This document shows, in pieces, positions 47,404-58,713 of a stretch of 64,000 nucleotides of DNA. The DNA lies in contig CBDFJU010000003.1 in NCBI GenBank assembly GCA_965248515.1, forward strand, positions 79,254 through 143,253. The letters are read 5' to 3'. Position 1 is the stretch's first letter. Every line of letters starts with the position of its first letter. This DNA comes from Dehalococcoidia bacterium. GTDB taxonomy: Bacteria > Chloroflexota > Dehalococcoidia > SHYB01. Position numbers and translations under genes: made by a program. Under the pieces are notes generated by a model. The model ran no database searches. It was given only the letters and a program-made list of their open reading frames with translations, and had not been told where the DNA came from.

Positions 47404-48477
47404 TCACTCGATCAGGAAACATGAGTTGGTCTTGAAAACCACCCATATCTCCTTGCCGGGAGTGATGCCCAGCCACTCCACGGCGCTGGGCGTCACCTCG
47501 GCTTGGAACACCCGCCCGCAATCGACGGACACGTCGACTTCGAAGCCATGCGGTTCGAGGCCGACTACGGTGCCCTGAAGCACGTTCCGCGCCGATAGGC
47601 CATGCGGGCGCTCGACAGCGAGCAGGATGTCGCCGGCGCGGATGCCGACGCGCACCTGGGCGTCCGTCTCCACCCGGCCGTAGGGCGCCTCGATGGTGAC
47701 ACCACCGATGTCGACAGCCATGCTCCCCCGGTTGACGTCCGCCGAGGTAACCCGGCCTTCGAAAACGTTCTCCACCTCGGCGAGCCGGGACATGCGTTCG
47801 ACCGTGGGCCGCTCGAGGACCTCGAGGGGCGGCCCTGCGGCGACGACTCGTCCATGATCGAGGGCCAGCACCTGATCGCTGAGGGCGAGAGCGTCCGCCA
47901 GGTCGTGGGTGACGAGGATGATGGGGATGCCGGCGCTGTCGCGCAGCGATCTGATCTCGCGGCGCAACTCCCGTCGAAGCTCGAGATCGAGGGCCGAGAA
48001 CGGCTCGTCCAGCAGCAGCGTCTCGGGCCGGGGCGCCATGGCCCGGGCCAAGGCGACTCGCTGTTGTTGGCCCGCCGAGACCTGGTCGGGGTGGCGCGCC
48101 GCGAGCTCGCCGATGTCGAGCATTCCCAAGAGCTCCTCGGTACGCTGCTCCGCCTCTCGGGGCTCCCAGCCACGCAGCCCGAATCCCACGTTCTCCCGGA
48201 CCGTGAGGTGAGGGAAGAGGCCGTACACCTGGGGCAGGTAGCCGATCCTCCGCAGGTGCGGCGGCACCCAGGTACGCTCTTCGCCATCGAAAACGACCTG
48301 CCCGCCCACCGCGATGTGCCCCTCGTTGGGACGCAGCAGTCCTGCGATGGCCCGCAACGTCGTGCTTTTCCCCGCGCCGGAAGGGCCGAAGAGCGTCAGC
48401 ACTTCCCCTGGAGATGCGGACCACTCTACGTCGAGGGCGAAGCTCTCCAGCCGGTGGCGGACCCATCCTTCGCTCAT
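47404..48477 (-). CDS. modC: molybdate ABC transporter ATP-binding protein with C-terminal TOBE domain
   Basis: GPSGAGKST Walker A, LSAGQQQRVALARA signature; ATGA overlap with modB. Confidence 0.85.
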   Translation of the reverse strand: MSEGWVRHRLESFALDVEWSASPGEVLTLFGPSGAGKSTTLRAIAGLLRPNEGHIAVGGQVVFDGEERTWVPPHLRRIGYLPQVYGLFPHLTVRENVGFGLRGWEPREAEQRTEELLGMLDIGELAARHPDQVSAGQQQRVALARAMAPRPETLLLDEPFSALDLELRRELRREIRSLRDSAGIPIILVTHDLADALALSDQVLALDHGRVVAAGPPLEVLERPTVERMSRLAEVENVFEGRVTSADVNRGSMAVDIGGVTIEAPYGRVETDAQVRVGIRAGDILLAVERPHGLSARNVLQGTVVGLEPHGFEVDVSVDCGRVFQAEVTPSAVEWLGITPGKEIWVVFKTNSCFLIE

Positions 48478-49292
48478 GTCCGGTACCCCCATCCCCGGCT
48501 GATGAGCGCTCGAATGATCAGCAGAAACGCCAGGGCCAGGACCAGCAGGACGACCGACAGCGCCAGCGCCGCGCCGAGGTCCGATTCCAGCGCCGACAGG
48601 ATCGCGAGCGGCATCGTCTGGGTCTTGCCGGCGAGGTTTCCAGCGAACATGATCGTCGCGCCGAACTCGGAGATCGCCCGCGCCCAGGCGAGGACGAGAC
48701 CCCCCATCAGCGCTCGAAACGAGAGGGGCATCGAGACTCGGAAGAAGGTCCGCAATGGCGACGCTCCCAGGGTCTGCGCGATCTCTTCGAGGGCGGGGTC
48801 CACGGCCTCGAACCCGATCTTGGCGGAGCGGATGTAGAAGGGCGCCGCGATGAAGAGCTGGGCCATGATCACCGCTGTCATGGTGAACGGCAACGAAACG
48901 CCGATCGAGTCCAGGCCCTCCCCGATGAAGCTCGAGCGGCCGAAGGCCATGAGCATCGCGAGACCGACGACCACCGGCGGCAGCACGATGGGCAGCTCGA
49001 TCAACGCATCGACGAGGCCCCGGCCGGGAAACCTCGCCCGGGCCAGGAAGTAGGCCAGCGGCGTGCCGACGAGCACGATGATTCCGATCGCGATGGAGCT
49101 CGTGATGAATGAGAGTCGAAGGGCCTGGAGCACCGTGTCCTCGCCAAGGCTCTCCCAGAACCCGTCATGACCGAACCCTCGGATCACCAGGGCCACCAGG
49201 GGCACGCCTATGAACAGCAGGAAGAGCAGCGTCGGCCCTGCGCCCACGGCAAGCCAACCCGCGTTCGGCCTCCTCGAGATTGTGGCCTGCAT
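48474..49292 (-). CDS. modB: molybdate ABC transporter permease
   Basis: EAA-loop region, 6 TM. Confidence 0.85.
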   Translation of the reverse strand: MQATISRRPNAGWLAVGAGPTLLFLLFIGVPLVALVIRGFGHDGFWESLGEDTVLQALRLSFITSSIAIGIIVLVGTPLAYFLARARFPGRGLVDALIELPIVLPPVVVGLAMLMAFGRSSFIGEGLDSIGVSLPFTMTAVIMAQLFIAAPFYIRSAKIGFEAVDPALEEIAQTLGASPLRTFFRVSMPLSFRALMGGLVLAWARAISEFGATIMFAGNLAGKTQTMPLAILSALESDLGAALALSVVLLVLALAFLLIIRALISRGWGYRT

Positions 49293-49300
49293 CCCTCGGA

Positions 49301-50131
49301 TCAGGGCCCCCCGAACCCGAAGCTCCGCAGGATGCGAAGACCGGCGTCGGACCGCAGGAACGCGATGAACTCGCGGGCCGCGTCGGGGGCGTCCGACGAC
49401 GCTACCAACGCAATGGGATAGATGGCGACGCCGGCGTGGGCGTCGTCAAGCGGTATGGCCCGGACGTTCTCTTGATTCGGTCCGACGGCGTCGGTCACGT
49501 AACCGATGGCCGCGTCCGCCTCGCCGAGCTGCACTGTCGCCACGGCCGCCCGCACGTTGAGGGCCTCGGAAACGACGTTGTCCTGCAAACGCGCGGCGAA
49601 CTCGGGGCCCAGCGCGGGATCGCGCCCCATACGGTCGATGGCCGCGGCAGTGTACGTCCCGATCGGCGTCTGCCGCGCTCCGACGACAATGTGTATGCCA
49701 GGCTCCGCCAGGTCTTCGATGGTCTTCACCGCGCCCTCGACCGGCACGACGATAGCCAGGCGATTGGTGGCGAAGACCACCGGCTCGCCGTCGACGAGTC
49801 CCGCCTGCTCCGCCAGCTCCATGTTTCGCTCGTCCGCCGAGGCGAACAGGTCCGCGCTGGCGCCCTGTTCGAGCTGCAGACGGAGGGCGGACGTCGCCGC
49901 GAGGTTAAGCGTCACCCTGGTCCCTTCGCTGACCTCTTCGAACTCGCGAACGGCTTCGCGAAAGACGTCGGTCAGCGACGATGCGGCGAAGATCGTCAAC
50001 CGCTCGTCACGGTCTCCCGACCCGCCACACGCGGCTAAGAGCAATGTCGACGCCGCCGTGAGCAACCCGGCGAGCCGGTAAATGGAAAGCATCCGGAGCA
50101 GTGTAAAGAGCCTCGAGCGATCGGCGTTCAT
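49301..50131 (-). CDS. modA: molybdate ABC transporter substrate-binding lipoprotein
   Basis: lipobox LAACGG; ModA-like IFAASSLTDV pattern; start approximate. Confidence 0.8.
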   Translation of the reverse strand: MNADRSRLFTLLRMLSIYRLAGLLTAASTLLLAACGGSGDRDERLTIFAASSLTDVFREAVREFEEVSEGTRVTLNLAATSALRLQLEQGASADLFASADERNMELAEQAGLVDGEPVVFATNRLAIVVPVEGAVKTIEDLAEPGIHIVVGARQTPIGTYTAAAIDRMGRDPALGPEFAARLQDNVVSEALNVRAAVATVQLGEADAAIGYVTDAVGPNQENVRAIPLDDAHAGVAIYPIALVASSDAPDAAREFIAFLRSDAGLRILRSFGFGGP

Positions 50132-50186
50132 GCACTCTGCACAAAGAATGGAGCCCGATCCAGCGCGTGAGTGATAGGATAGGCGG

Positions 50187-50555
50187 ATGAACGAGGCTCT
50201 GCTTGGCCTGTCCGAGGCGCTGGCCAGGCTTGGGGGCAAAGGAGATGTCCGCGCCCGATTGGAGCAGGCGTTGGCGCCGGTCCTGGCCTACGACGCCCGC
50301 TCCAAATCAGACCTGGCGCATACCCTTCGCGTGTATGTAGAATGCGGCGGGACGCTGGCGACGACCGCCGAAAAGTTGTTCCTTCATCGGAACAGCGTCT
50401 TGTACCGGTTGCAACGAATCGAAGAGCTGGCAGGGTTCGACCCGCACGACCGTGCCACCCGCCTGCTCTTTCTGGTGGCCTTCGCGGTCACCGACCCGGC
50501 CACGCTGGAGCATCTCGCGGTTGAGGAGCAGGACGATGAAGACGAGCGGGCGTAA
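50187..50555 (+). CDS. short PucR-C-terminal HTH domain protein
   Basis: TLATTAEKLFLHRNSVLYRLQRIEELAGFD matches PucR-type HTH; only 122 aa. Confidence 0.55.
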   Translation: MNEALLGLSEALARLGGKGDVRARLEQALAPVLAYDARSKSDLAHTLRVYVECGGTLATTAEKLFLHRNSVLYRLQRIEELAGFDPHDRATRLLFLVAFAVTDPATLEHLAVEEQDDEDERA

Positions 50556-50751
50556 CCGTCTTCCCGGGACGGTGTCGGAGGTAAGGATCGAAGGCCTGAT
50601 GGCCCAGATCGGGCTTCAGGTCGGTGACAATCACGTCGTGGCGATCATCAGCGCGGAGGCGGCGCGAGAGATGGACCTGAAGGTGGGCGATACGGCGGTC
50701 GCCCTGATCAAGGCAACGTCCGTCATGGTGCTCAAGCCGGACGCCCTGTAA
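50536..50751 (+). CDS. mop: molybdopterin/molybdate-binding Mop (TOBE) protein
   Basis: SGRNRLPGTVSEV...VALIKATSVMV molbindin pattern. Confidence 0.8.
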   Translation: MKTSGRNRLPGTVSEVRIEGLMAQIGLQVGDNHVVAIISAEAAREMDLKVGDTAVALIKATSVMVLKPDAL

Positions 50752-50769
50752 ACCACCGGAGTAGCCAGG

Positions 50770-51660
50770 ATGCGGACCCTCATACAGAAGATCCCGTACA
50801 TCTACTTCGCCTACACGCTGGGCGTCATCGGCCTGTTGCTGCTCATCATCGGGCTCATCGCCGGCAACGACGTCACCCGGTCCGTCGGCATCGCCCTGTT
50901 CTCCGGCGCCTTCGTCGGCGCCGGCTTCCAGTTCGCGACCTCCACCGACCTGGGCAAGGTCCGGGGCAACGTCGGCGACGTGATGTCGCTTCTCCGCGAC
51001 GTGAGCCAGCAGGCCGAGGTGCTCTCCCACGACCTGCGGGTCGCCCGCACCGCCGAGCGCGAAGGCGTCGTCGCGCTCTATTCCTCGCGGGCCAACGACG
51101 AGTTCGTGAAAGAGGTAAAGGAGCGGATCAAGGAGTCGGTCGAGATCTGGATCCAGGGCATCACGACCGCCGACTTCTTCGGCACCGGGAAGGTCTTCTA
51201 CCAGGAGATGCGCGACTACGTTCGCCGTGGCGGGCATGTCAACGTGCTGTTGCTCGACGGCGATTCAGCCGACTTCGAGGAGCGGCGTCAGATGACCGAG
51301 CCCCGCACCAACGACAAGATGAAGAGCCAGCTCTATATCGACCACCTGCAGTCGATGGCGACGCTGGACGAATGGAAGAACGCGTACGGCGCCCGGGTGA
51401 AGGTCCATCTCCTCCGTTCCCAACCACCCTGCTGGGTCCTGAAAAACCAGCAGACGGCGCTGGTCCAGCAATATCACAACGGCTTCCCGGCGGGCGGCGC
51501 CACCGGGGACGACGACCTGGTGATCTACCCCTTCTCCCACGACTTTCCGGTCCTGCAGTTCGGCGAGAACTCGCCCCATTTCCGTAGCATCACCAGCCAC
51601 CTCGAGCGGACGGTCGAGCATCAGGACAGGCCTCGGCCGCGGGCCCGCAGCCGCAAGTAG
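50770..51660 (+). CDS. hypothetical N-terminally membrane-anchored protein
   Basis: N-terminal TM helices then ~220-aa soluble domain, no family recognised. Confidence 0.45.
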   Translation: MRTLIQKIPYIYFAYTLGVIGLLLLIIGLIAGNDVTRSVGIALFSGAFVGAGFQFATSTDLGKVRGNVGDVMSLLRDVSQQAEVLSHDLRVARTAEREGVVALYSSRANDEFVKEVKERIKESVEIWIQGITTADFFGTGKVFYQEMRDYVRRGGHVNVLLLDGDSADFEERRQMTEPRTNDKMKSQLYIDHLQSMATLDEWKNAYGARVKVHLLRSQPPCWVLKNQQTALVQQYHNGFPAGGATGDDDLVIYPFSHDFPVLQFGENSPHFRSITSHLERTVEHQDRPRPRARSRK

Positions 51661-51670
51661 GCCGCACGAC

Positions 51671-53761
<2,091 letters not shown>

Positions 53762-53811
53762 TTCGACGCTGAGGAATGGTATTCTGAAGACATCTCAGTC
53801 AGGAGCCTAGG

Positions 53812-54030
53812 ATGAAATTTCCGGTCGTACTCACGGTCGACGAGGACGGGAAGTACACAGCTGAAGTGCCGATCATCCCTGGTTGCATCTCGGCGGGAGG
53901 CACTCGGACAGAAGCCTTGGAGAACGTTCAGGACGCCATAAGGCTTTGTCTTGAATCTCGCGAGGAAGAGGGCTGGGAGCTACCGGTTGAACACAGCATC
54001 GAAGAGGTGGAAGTGGTGGTGGCCGCTTAG
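53812..54030 (+). CDS. hicB: HicB-family antitoxin (UPF0150)
   Basis: MKFPVVLTVDEDGKYTAEVPIIPGCISAGGTRTEALENVQDAI pattern. Confidence 0.7.
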   Translation: MKFPVVLTVDEDGKYTAEVPIIPGCISAGGTRTEALENVQDAIRLCLESREEEGWELPVEHSIEEVEVVVAA

Positions 54031-54203
54031 TGCCGCCAACCCCTCTCGTTTCCTTCGACGAACTGACATCGGCGCTCCGCCTCCTTGGCTACACCATCGC
54101 CAGGCAAACTGGCAACCAGGTCCGTTTCAGAGCCGCCGGTCGACCGTCGGTCACTGTGCCGCGCAAGCGTGAGATTCCACGAGGCACGCTGAGAGCAGTT
54201 TAG
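54030..54203 (+). CDS. hicA: HicA-family mRNA interferase toxin (57 aa, GTG start; not in ORF track)
   Basis: manual translation VPPTPLVSFDELTSALRLLGYTIARQTGNQVRFRAAGRPSVTVPRKREIPRGTLRAV matches HicA pattern; GTG overlaps hicB TAG. Confidence 0.6.
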   Translation: MPPTPLVSFDELTSALRLLGYTIARQTGNQVRFRAAGRPSVTVPRKREIPRGTLRAV

Positions 54204-54274
54204 CGGGCGGCTGATGTAAGTCTTCAAGAGTTCATCGATTTGCTCCGGGGATAGAAAAGCGCTCCACTAGTCCC

Positions 54275-55723
54275 TTGACTGCGCATTTTGGCCGCACTAA
54301 CGTATGCGGCAGCATGGCCACCGAGCAGCAGGTCACCCCCCAGATGCGGGTCTATCCCCTGGACCCGCAGAAGCTCACCCAAGAGCAGATCGCCGTGACC
54401 TTCGCCATGACCTCGCGCAGCCCCGCGCCTTTCGATGAGATCAGCCAGGTCGTGTCCGAGGCGAAGGCCGCCGACTTCAACGAGAAGTGGGTTGTCGGCT
54501 ATGGGCACGCCTCCGTCGCCGAGCATGCCGTCCTTCACCTGGCCGTGGAGAATATCTCACGCTTGGCCTGTGACGAGCTGGAGGACAACCGCCTGGCCTC
54601 CTATACCGAGAAGTCCTCACGCTACCAGGTCCTCGACCGGGGCAGCTACCACGTTCCCCAGGAGCTTCGAGGCCACGCCCTCGAAAGCCTCTACGTCGAG
54701 ACCTGCGACTACCTCTTTGACGTCTACCACCAACTGCTGGACCAGACCCAGGACTATCTGCGGCGCCGCGATCCGCAGCGCGAGGGCGAGCGGGACGGCG
54801 CGTTCCGGCTGCGAATACGGCGTATCGCCACCGACCACTGCCGTTTCGTCCTGCCCGCTTCGACCTTGACCAACGTGGGCGTCACGATCAACGCCCGAGG
54901 CCTCGAGCACGCCATTACCAAACTCCTCTCCTCCGAGCTCTCCGAGTCGCGGGAGATCGGCGAACGCCTGAAGGAGGAAGGCCGCGCCATCGCGCCTACC
55001 CTGGTCAAGTACGCGGATGTCAGCGACTACCTGGCCGGCGCCCGTGTGGCGGAGCGCGTGTCGCCGTGGTACCGCGGGCCCGAGGCCGGCGAGGGCACAG
55101 GTTCGGGACAGGTTTCAGCGCACCTCGTCTCCTACGACCAAGCAGCCGAGGAACGGCTAGCAACAGCCATGCTCTACCGGGTCTCAGGCGGCTCCCACGA
55201 CGAAATCGCGAGGCGTGTCGCCGGGTTGACGCCGCCAGAACGCGAGCAGGTTATCGAATCGGCGCTCTCCGGCCTCGGCCCCTTCGACGCGCCTCTTCGT
55301 GAGACGGAGATGATCGACTACGTCTTCGAGATGGAGATGGACTACGGCGCATATCGGGAATACCGCCGCCACCGGATGCAGACGACCATTCCGCAGCGCC
55401 TCGAGATCTCGCGAGGATACGTGACGCCATTCGTGGTCGAGGAAGCGGGGGCAGCGGGCCTGTTCCACGAAGCGATGGCGAAGGCCGACCGCGCCTACTT
55501 GCGGCTCGCGGAAGAGTTTCCGGCCGTCGCGGAGTACGTCGTGACCCACGCCCACAAACGGCGGCTCCTCGCCAAGATGAACCTGCGCGAGTGCTATCAC
55601 TTGCTAAAACTTCGCAGCGCCGAACAGGCCCATTTCACCATCCGAGAGATCGCCCTCAAGTGCCTCGATGAACTGCGTCGCGTCCATCCTCTGTTGATCA
55701 AGTTCATCCAGCTGCGCGACTAG
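54275..55723 (+). CDS. thyX: FAD-dependent thymidylate synthase ThyX, tandem two-domain form
   Basis: second half has canonical RHR...S and C-terminal LRS...HFTIREIA motifs; first half ThyX-like with degenerate DNR in place of RHR. Confidence 0.7.
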   Translation: MTAHFGRTNVCGSMATEQQVTPQMRVYPLDPQKLTQEQIAVTFAMTSRSPAPFDEISQVVSEAKAADFNEKWVVGYGHASVAEHAVLHLAVENISRLACDELEDNRLASYTEKSSRYQVLDRGSYHVPQELRGHALESLYVETCDYLFDVYHQLLDQTQDYLRRRDPQREGERDGAFRLRIRRIATDHCRFVLPASTLTNVGVTINARGLEHAITKLLSSELSESREIGERLKEEGRAIAPTLVKYADVSDYLAGARVAERVSPWYRGPEAGEGTGSGQVSAHLVSYDQAAEERLATAMLYRVSGGSHDEIARRVAGLTPPEREQVIESALSGLGPFDAPLRETEMIDYVFEMEMDYGAYREYRRHRMQTTIPQRLEISRGYVTPFVVEEAGAAGLFHEAMAKADRAYLRLAEEFPAVAEYVVTHAHKRRLLAKMNLRECYHLLKLRSAEQAHFTIREIALKCLDELRRVHPLLIKFIQLRD

Positions 55724-56014
55724 TGGCTGGACCGGGCGCAGCCCGAGAGATCGAGATGTAGCCGTTCGATAACAACGGCCGCGCTGGGACTGGATTCCGG
55801 CGAACGCCGGAATGACAGAGGAGCAGACGTGAGGGAGTCCAGAGGGGCGGCACCCCTTTGGCAAGGGTTGAAGGGGATGTGCCCCTTCCAAACGAATAGC
55901 CCGAAGGGCTACCTTGAACCCCCTTCAGGGGGTTTGGGAGTTCCCGGTACCGAATGGGGCACGATGCGATCAGGGCTAGCCCAACAGGGGCATTGGCAAA
56001 AGGAGCGACAGCAA

Positions 56015-56329
56015 ATGTACATTCGCATGGCGGCGTTGAAGGTGAAACCGGAGCATCGTGACCGTTGGAAGGAAGTACTCGAGGACGACGCCCTCCACTC
56101 GCTGAAAGACGAGCCCGGGGTCACCAACTTCTACGTCTTGCAGGACGAGAACGACGAGAACATCATCCACGTCGTCGAGATGTATAAGCAGCGATCCGAC
56201 TTCTTCGAAGGTCACAAGAACGCGTCCCATTACCTGCGGATGCAGGCCGACGTCAAGGACTTTCCCGTCGAGATCGCCGCGCGATGGGAGTGCAGCAACG
56301 TTTATCCGTCCGACGCCGAGTGGCGGTAA
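56015..56329 (+). CDS. antibiotic biosynthesis monooxygenase (ABM) family protein
   Basis: MYIRMAALKVKPEHRDRWKE ferredoxin-like ABM pattern; AAGGAG RBS. Confidence 0.65.
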   Translation: MYIRMAALKVKPEHRDRWKEVLEDDALHSLKDEPGVTNFYVLQDENDENIIHVVEMYKQRSDFFEGHKNASHYLRMQADVKDFPVEIAARWECSNVYPSDAEWR

Positions 56330-56429
56330 GGGCGCCCCATTGCGGCCCGTTTGGGGGTTCTCCCCACTTCTGTTGGCTCCTGTCGCACGTGCTATACTGA
56401 AATGGTTCTAGGCCGCACCAAGGAGCCCC

Positions 56430-57296
56430 ATGCCCACGGCCGCACGCAAGCTTCCCCCCTGGTTCAAGGTCCGCTTCCCTGGCGGCGAGAACTACATCAG
56501 GCTCAAGACGCTGATGGGGGAGCACGGTCTCCACACAATCTGCGAAGAGGCCCGCTGCCCCAACATCGGCGAATGCTGGGAGTACGGCACAGCGACGTTC
56601 CTGATCCTCGGCGACGTCTGCACCCGCGCCTGCGCCTACTGCGACGTTACCAGCGGTAAGCCGAAAGGCCTGGACGTCGCCGAGCCCTTCCGGGTCGCCT
56701 CGGCGGTAGAGAAGCTCGGACTCAAGCACGCCGTCATAACCTCCGTCAACCGCGACGACCTGGCCGATGGCGGGGCCGCGATATTTGCCGCCACCATCCG
56801 GGAAATCCGTCGCCGGGCGCCGGGTTGCAGCATCGAGGTCCTCATTCCCGACTTCATGGGTTCCTGGGATGCGCTACGGGTCGTAGTCGACGAAGCACCT
56901 GAGGTGTTGAACCACAACATCGAAAGCGTGCCCCGACTGTTCCCTCGGGTCCGGCCAAAGGGCTCGTATCCGAGGTCCATTGAGCTTCTGGACAAGGTGA
57001 AACAAATCAACCCGTCGGTCCCGACCAAGTCGGGCATCATCCTCGGCATGGGTGAGACGAGGACGGAAGTGGAGGAGGTCATGGCGGACCTCCGCGAGGC
57101 AGGGGTCGACATCGTCACCCTCGGCCAGTATTTGAGGCCGTCGCAGAAACACATCGCCATCGACCGGTTCTGGAGCCCCGAGGAGTTTCAGGAACTCCAG
57201 ATCCTGGGCAGGGCGATGGGGTTTCGCCACGTCGAGTCGGGCCCGCTGGTCCGGAGCTCCTATCACGCCCACGAACACGTCGAGGGAGCGCGCTGA
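56430..57296 (+). CDS. lipA: lipoyl synthase
   Basis: CEEARCPNIGEC and CTRACAYC radical-SAM/aux cluster motifs. Confidence 0.9.
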   Translation: MPTAARKLPPWFKVRFPGGENYIRLKTLMGEHGLHTICEEARCPNIGECWEYGTATFLILGDVCTRACAYCDVTSGKPKGLDVAEPFRVASAVEKLGLKHAVITSVNRDDLADGGAAIFAATIREIRRRAPGCSIEVLIPDFMGSWDALRVVVDEAPEVLNHNIESVPRLFPRVRPKGSYPRSIELLDKVKQINPSVPTKSGIILGMGETRTEVEEVMADLREAGVDIVTLGQYLRPSQKHIAIDRFWSPEEFQELQILGRAMGFRHVESGPLVRSSYHAHEHVEGAR

Positions 57297-57310
57297 GGGC
57301 GCGGGGTCCC

Positions 57311-58699
57311 GTGGCAGCTGAATACGACGTGGTGGTTATCGGCGGCGGGCCAGGGGGATACACGGCGGCCATCCGCGCCGCGCAGCTTGGGTTGAAGACC
57401 GCCGTCGTCGAACGCGACGAGGTCGGCGGGGTCTGCCTTAACTGGGGCTGCATCCCGAGCAAAGCCCTGCTCCGCAACGCCGAAGTCCTCAACCTCTTTC
57501 ACAACGCCGAACGCTACGGCATCTCGTACGAAAACCTCCAGTACGACATGGGCAAGGCTATCGATCGCAGCCGCAAGGTGGTTGACCGAATGGTCAACGG
57601 GGTTAAATTCCTCCTCAAGAAGAACAAGATCGACTTGTTGCAGGGCACGGCCAGGCTGACAGAGCCGGGGCGCATCGCCATGGACTCGAGCGGCGAGACC
57701 ATCGCGGCCGGGAGCACCATCGTCGCCACCGGTGCACGGTCGCGGGACTTGCCCATGCTCAAGGCCGATGGCGAGTCGGTGATCACGAGCCGCGAGGCCC
57801 TCGAGCTGCGGGAACCGCCGGGGTCGGTGGTCGTCGTGGGCGGGGGCGCCGTCGGTATCGAGTTCGCCTACTTCTGGCGCGCCTACGGGAGCGACGTGAC
57901 CATTGTCGAGATGCTGCCCCATCTCGCGCCGAGCGAGGACGAAGAGATTAGCCAACAACTCGAGCGCTCGCTGTCGCGCCAGGGCATCAAGTTCAAAACG
58001 GGCGCAGCCGTCGAGTCGGTTGAGCAGAGGGACGGCAAGCTTGCCCTGACCCTCGCCGCGGCCGGCGAAGAAGGCCCGGTCGAGGCCGACAAGGTGCTGC
58101 TCGGGGTCGGTGTCTCGCCCAATAGCTCCGGGATCGGGCTTGAGGAGCTGGGAATCGAGACCAGCGGCAACGGGTTCGTTGCCATCGACGACCGGATGTC
58201 GACCAACGTCCCAGGCGTCTATGCAATCGGCGACATTACCGGAAAGCTGCTCCTGGCCCATGTCGCGTCAGCCCAAGGAATCGTCGCCGCCGAGGCGATC
58301 GCGGGCCGAGACCCGGCACCCCTGGTCTACGAGGACTTGCCCAGAGCCATCTACAGTCAGCCCCAGGTTGCGAGCATGGGACTTACCGAGGCCCAGGCCA
58401 GGGAGCGTGGCTTCGACGTCAAAGTCGGTCGCTTCCCTTTCAAGGCGAGCGGCAAAGCCGTTGCGCTGGGCGCCGAGGAAGGCCTGGTCAAGATCGTGGC
58501 CGACGGCGCCTATGGCGAGGTCCTGGGAGCGCACCTTCTGGGACACGACGCAACGGAGCTCCTCGCCGAGGTCTCCCTCACCCGGATGCTCGAGGGAACC
58601 GCGGCGGACATCGGAAGGACAGTCCACGCCCACCCGTCGATGTCGGAGGCCCTGATGGAAGCGGGTCTCGGAGTCTTCGGCGAGTCCATCAATATCTAA
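57311..58699 (+). CDS. lpdA: dihydrolipoyl dehydrogenase (E3)
   Basis: GGGPGGY FAD motif, CLNWGCIPSK redox disulfide. Confidence 0.9.
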   Translation: MAAEYDVVVIGGGPGGYTAAIRAAQLGLKTAVVERDEVGGVCLNWGCIPSKALLRNAEVLNLFHNAERYGISYENLQYDMGKAIDRSRKVVDRMVNGVKFLLKKNKIDLLQGTARLTEPGRIAMDSSGETIAAGSTIVATGARSRDLPMLKADGESVITSREALELREPPGSVVVVGGGAVGIEFAYFWRAYGSDVTIVEMLPHLAPSEDEEISQQLERSLSRQGIKFKTGAAVESVEQRDGKLALTLAAAGEEGPVEADKVLLGVGVSPNSSGIGLEELGIETSGNGFVAIDDRMSTNVPGVYAIGDITGKLLLAHVASAQGIVAAEAIAGRDPAPLVYEDLPRAIYSQPQVASMGLTEAQARERGFDVKVGRFPFKASGKAVALGAEEGLVKIVADGAYGEVLGAHLLGHDATELLAEVSLTRMLEGTAADIGRTVHAHPSMSEALMEAGLGVFGESINI

Positions 58700-58713
58700 G
58701 GTCGCGAAGCTGG

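Noticed and set aside
55724-56014. tmRNA, RNase P RNA, SRP RNA or 6S RNA in the hairpin-rich intergenic region
   Set aside because: None of the conserved signatures are present: GGAAAGUCCGGGC for RNase P, tRNA-like T-arm plus ACCA end for tmRNA, GGAAGGAAGCAGCC for SRP.
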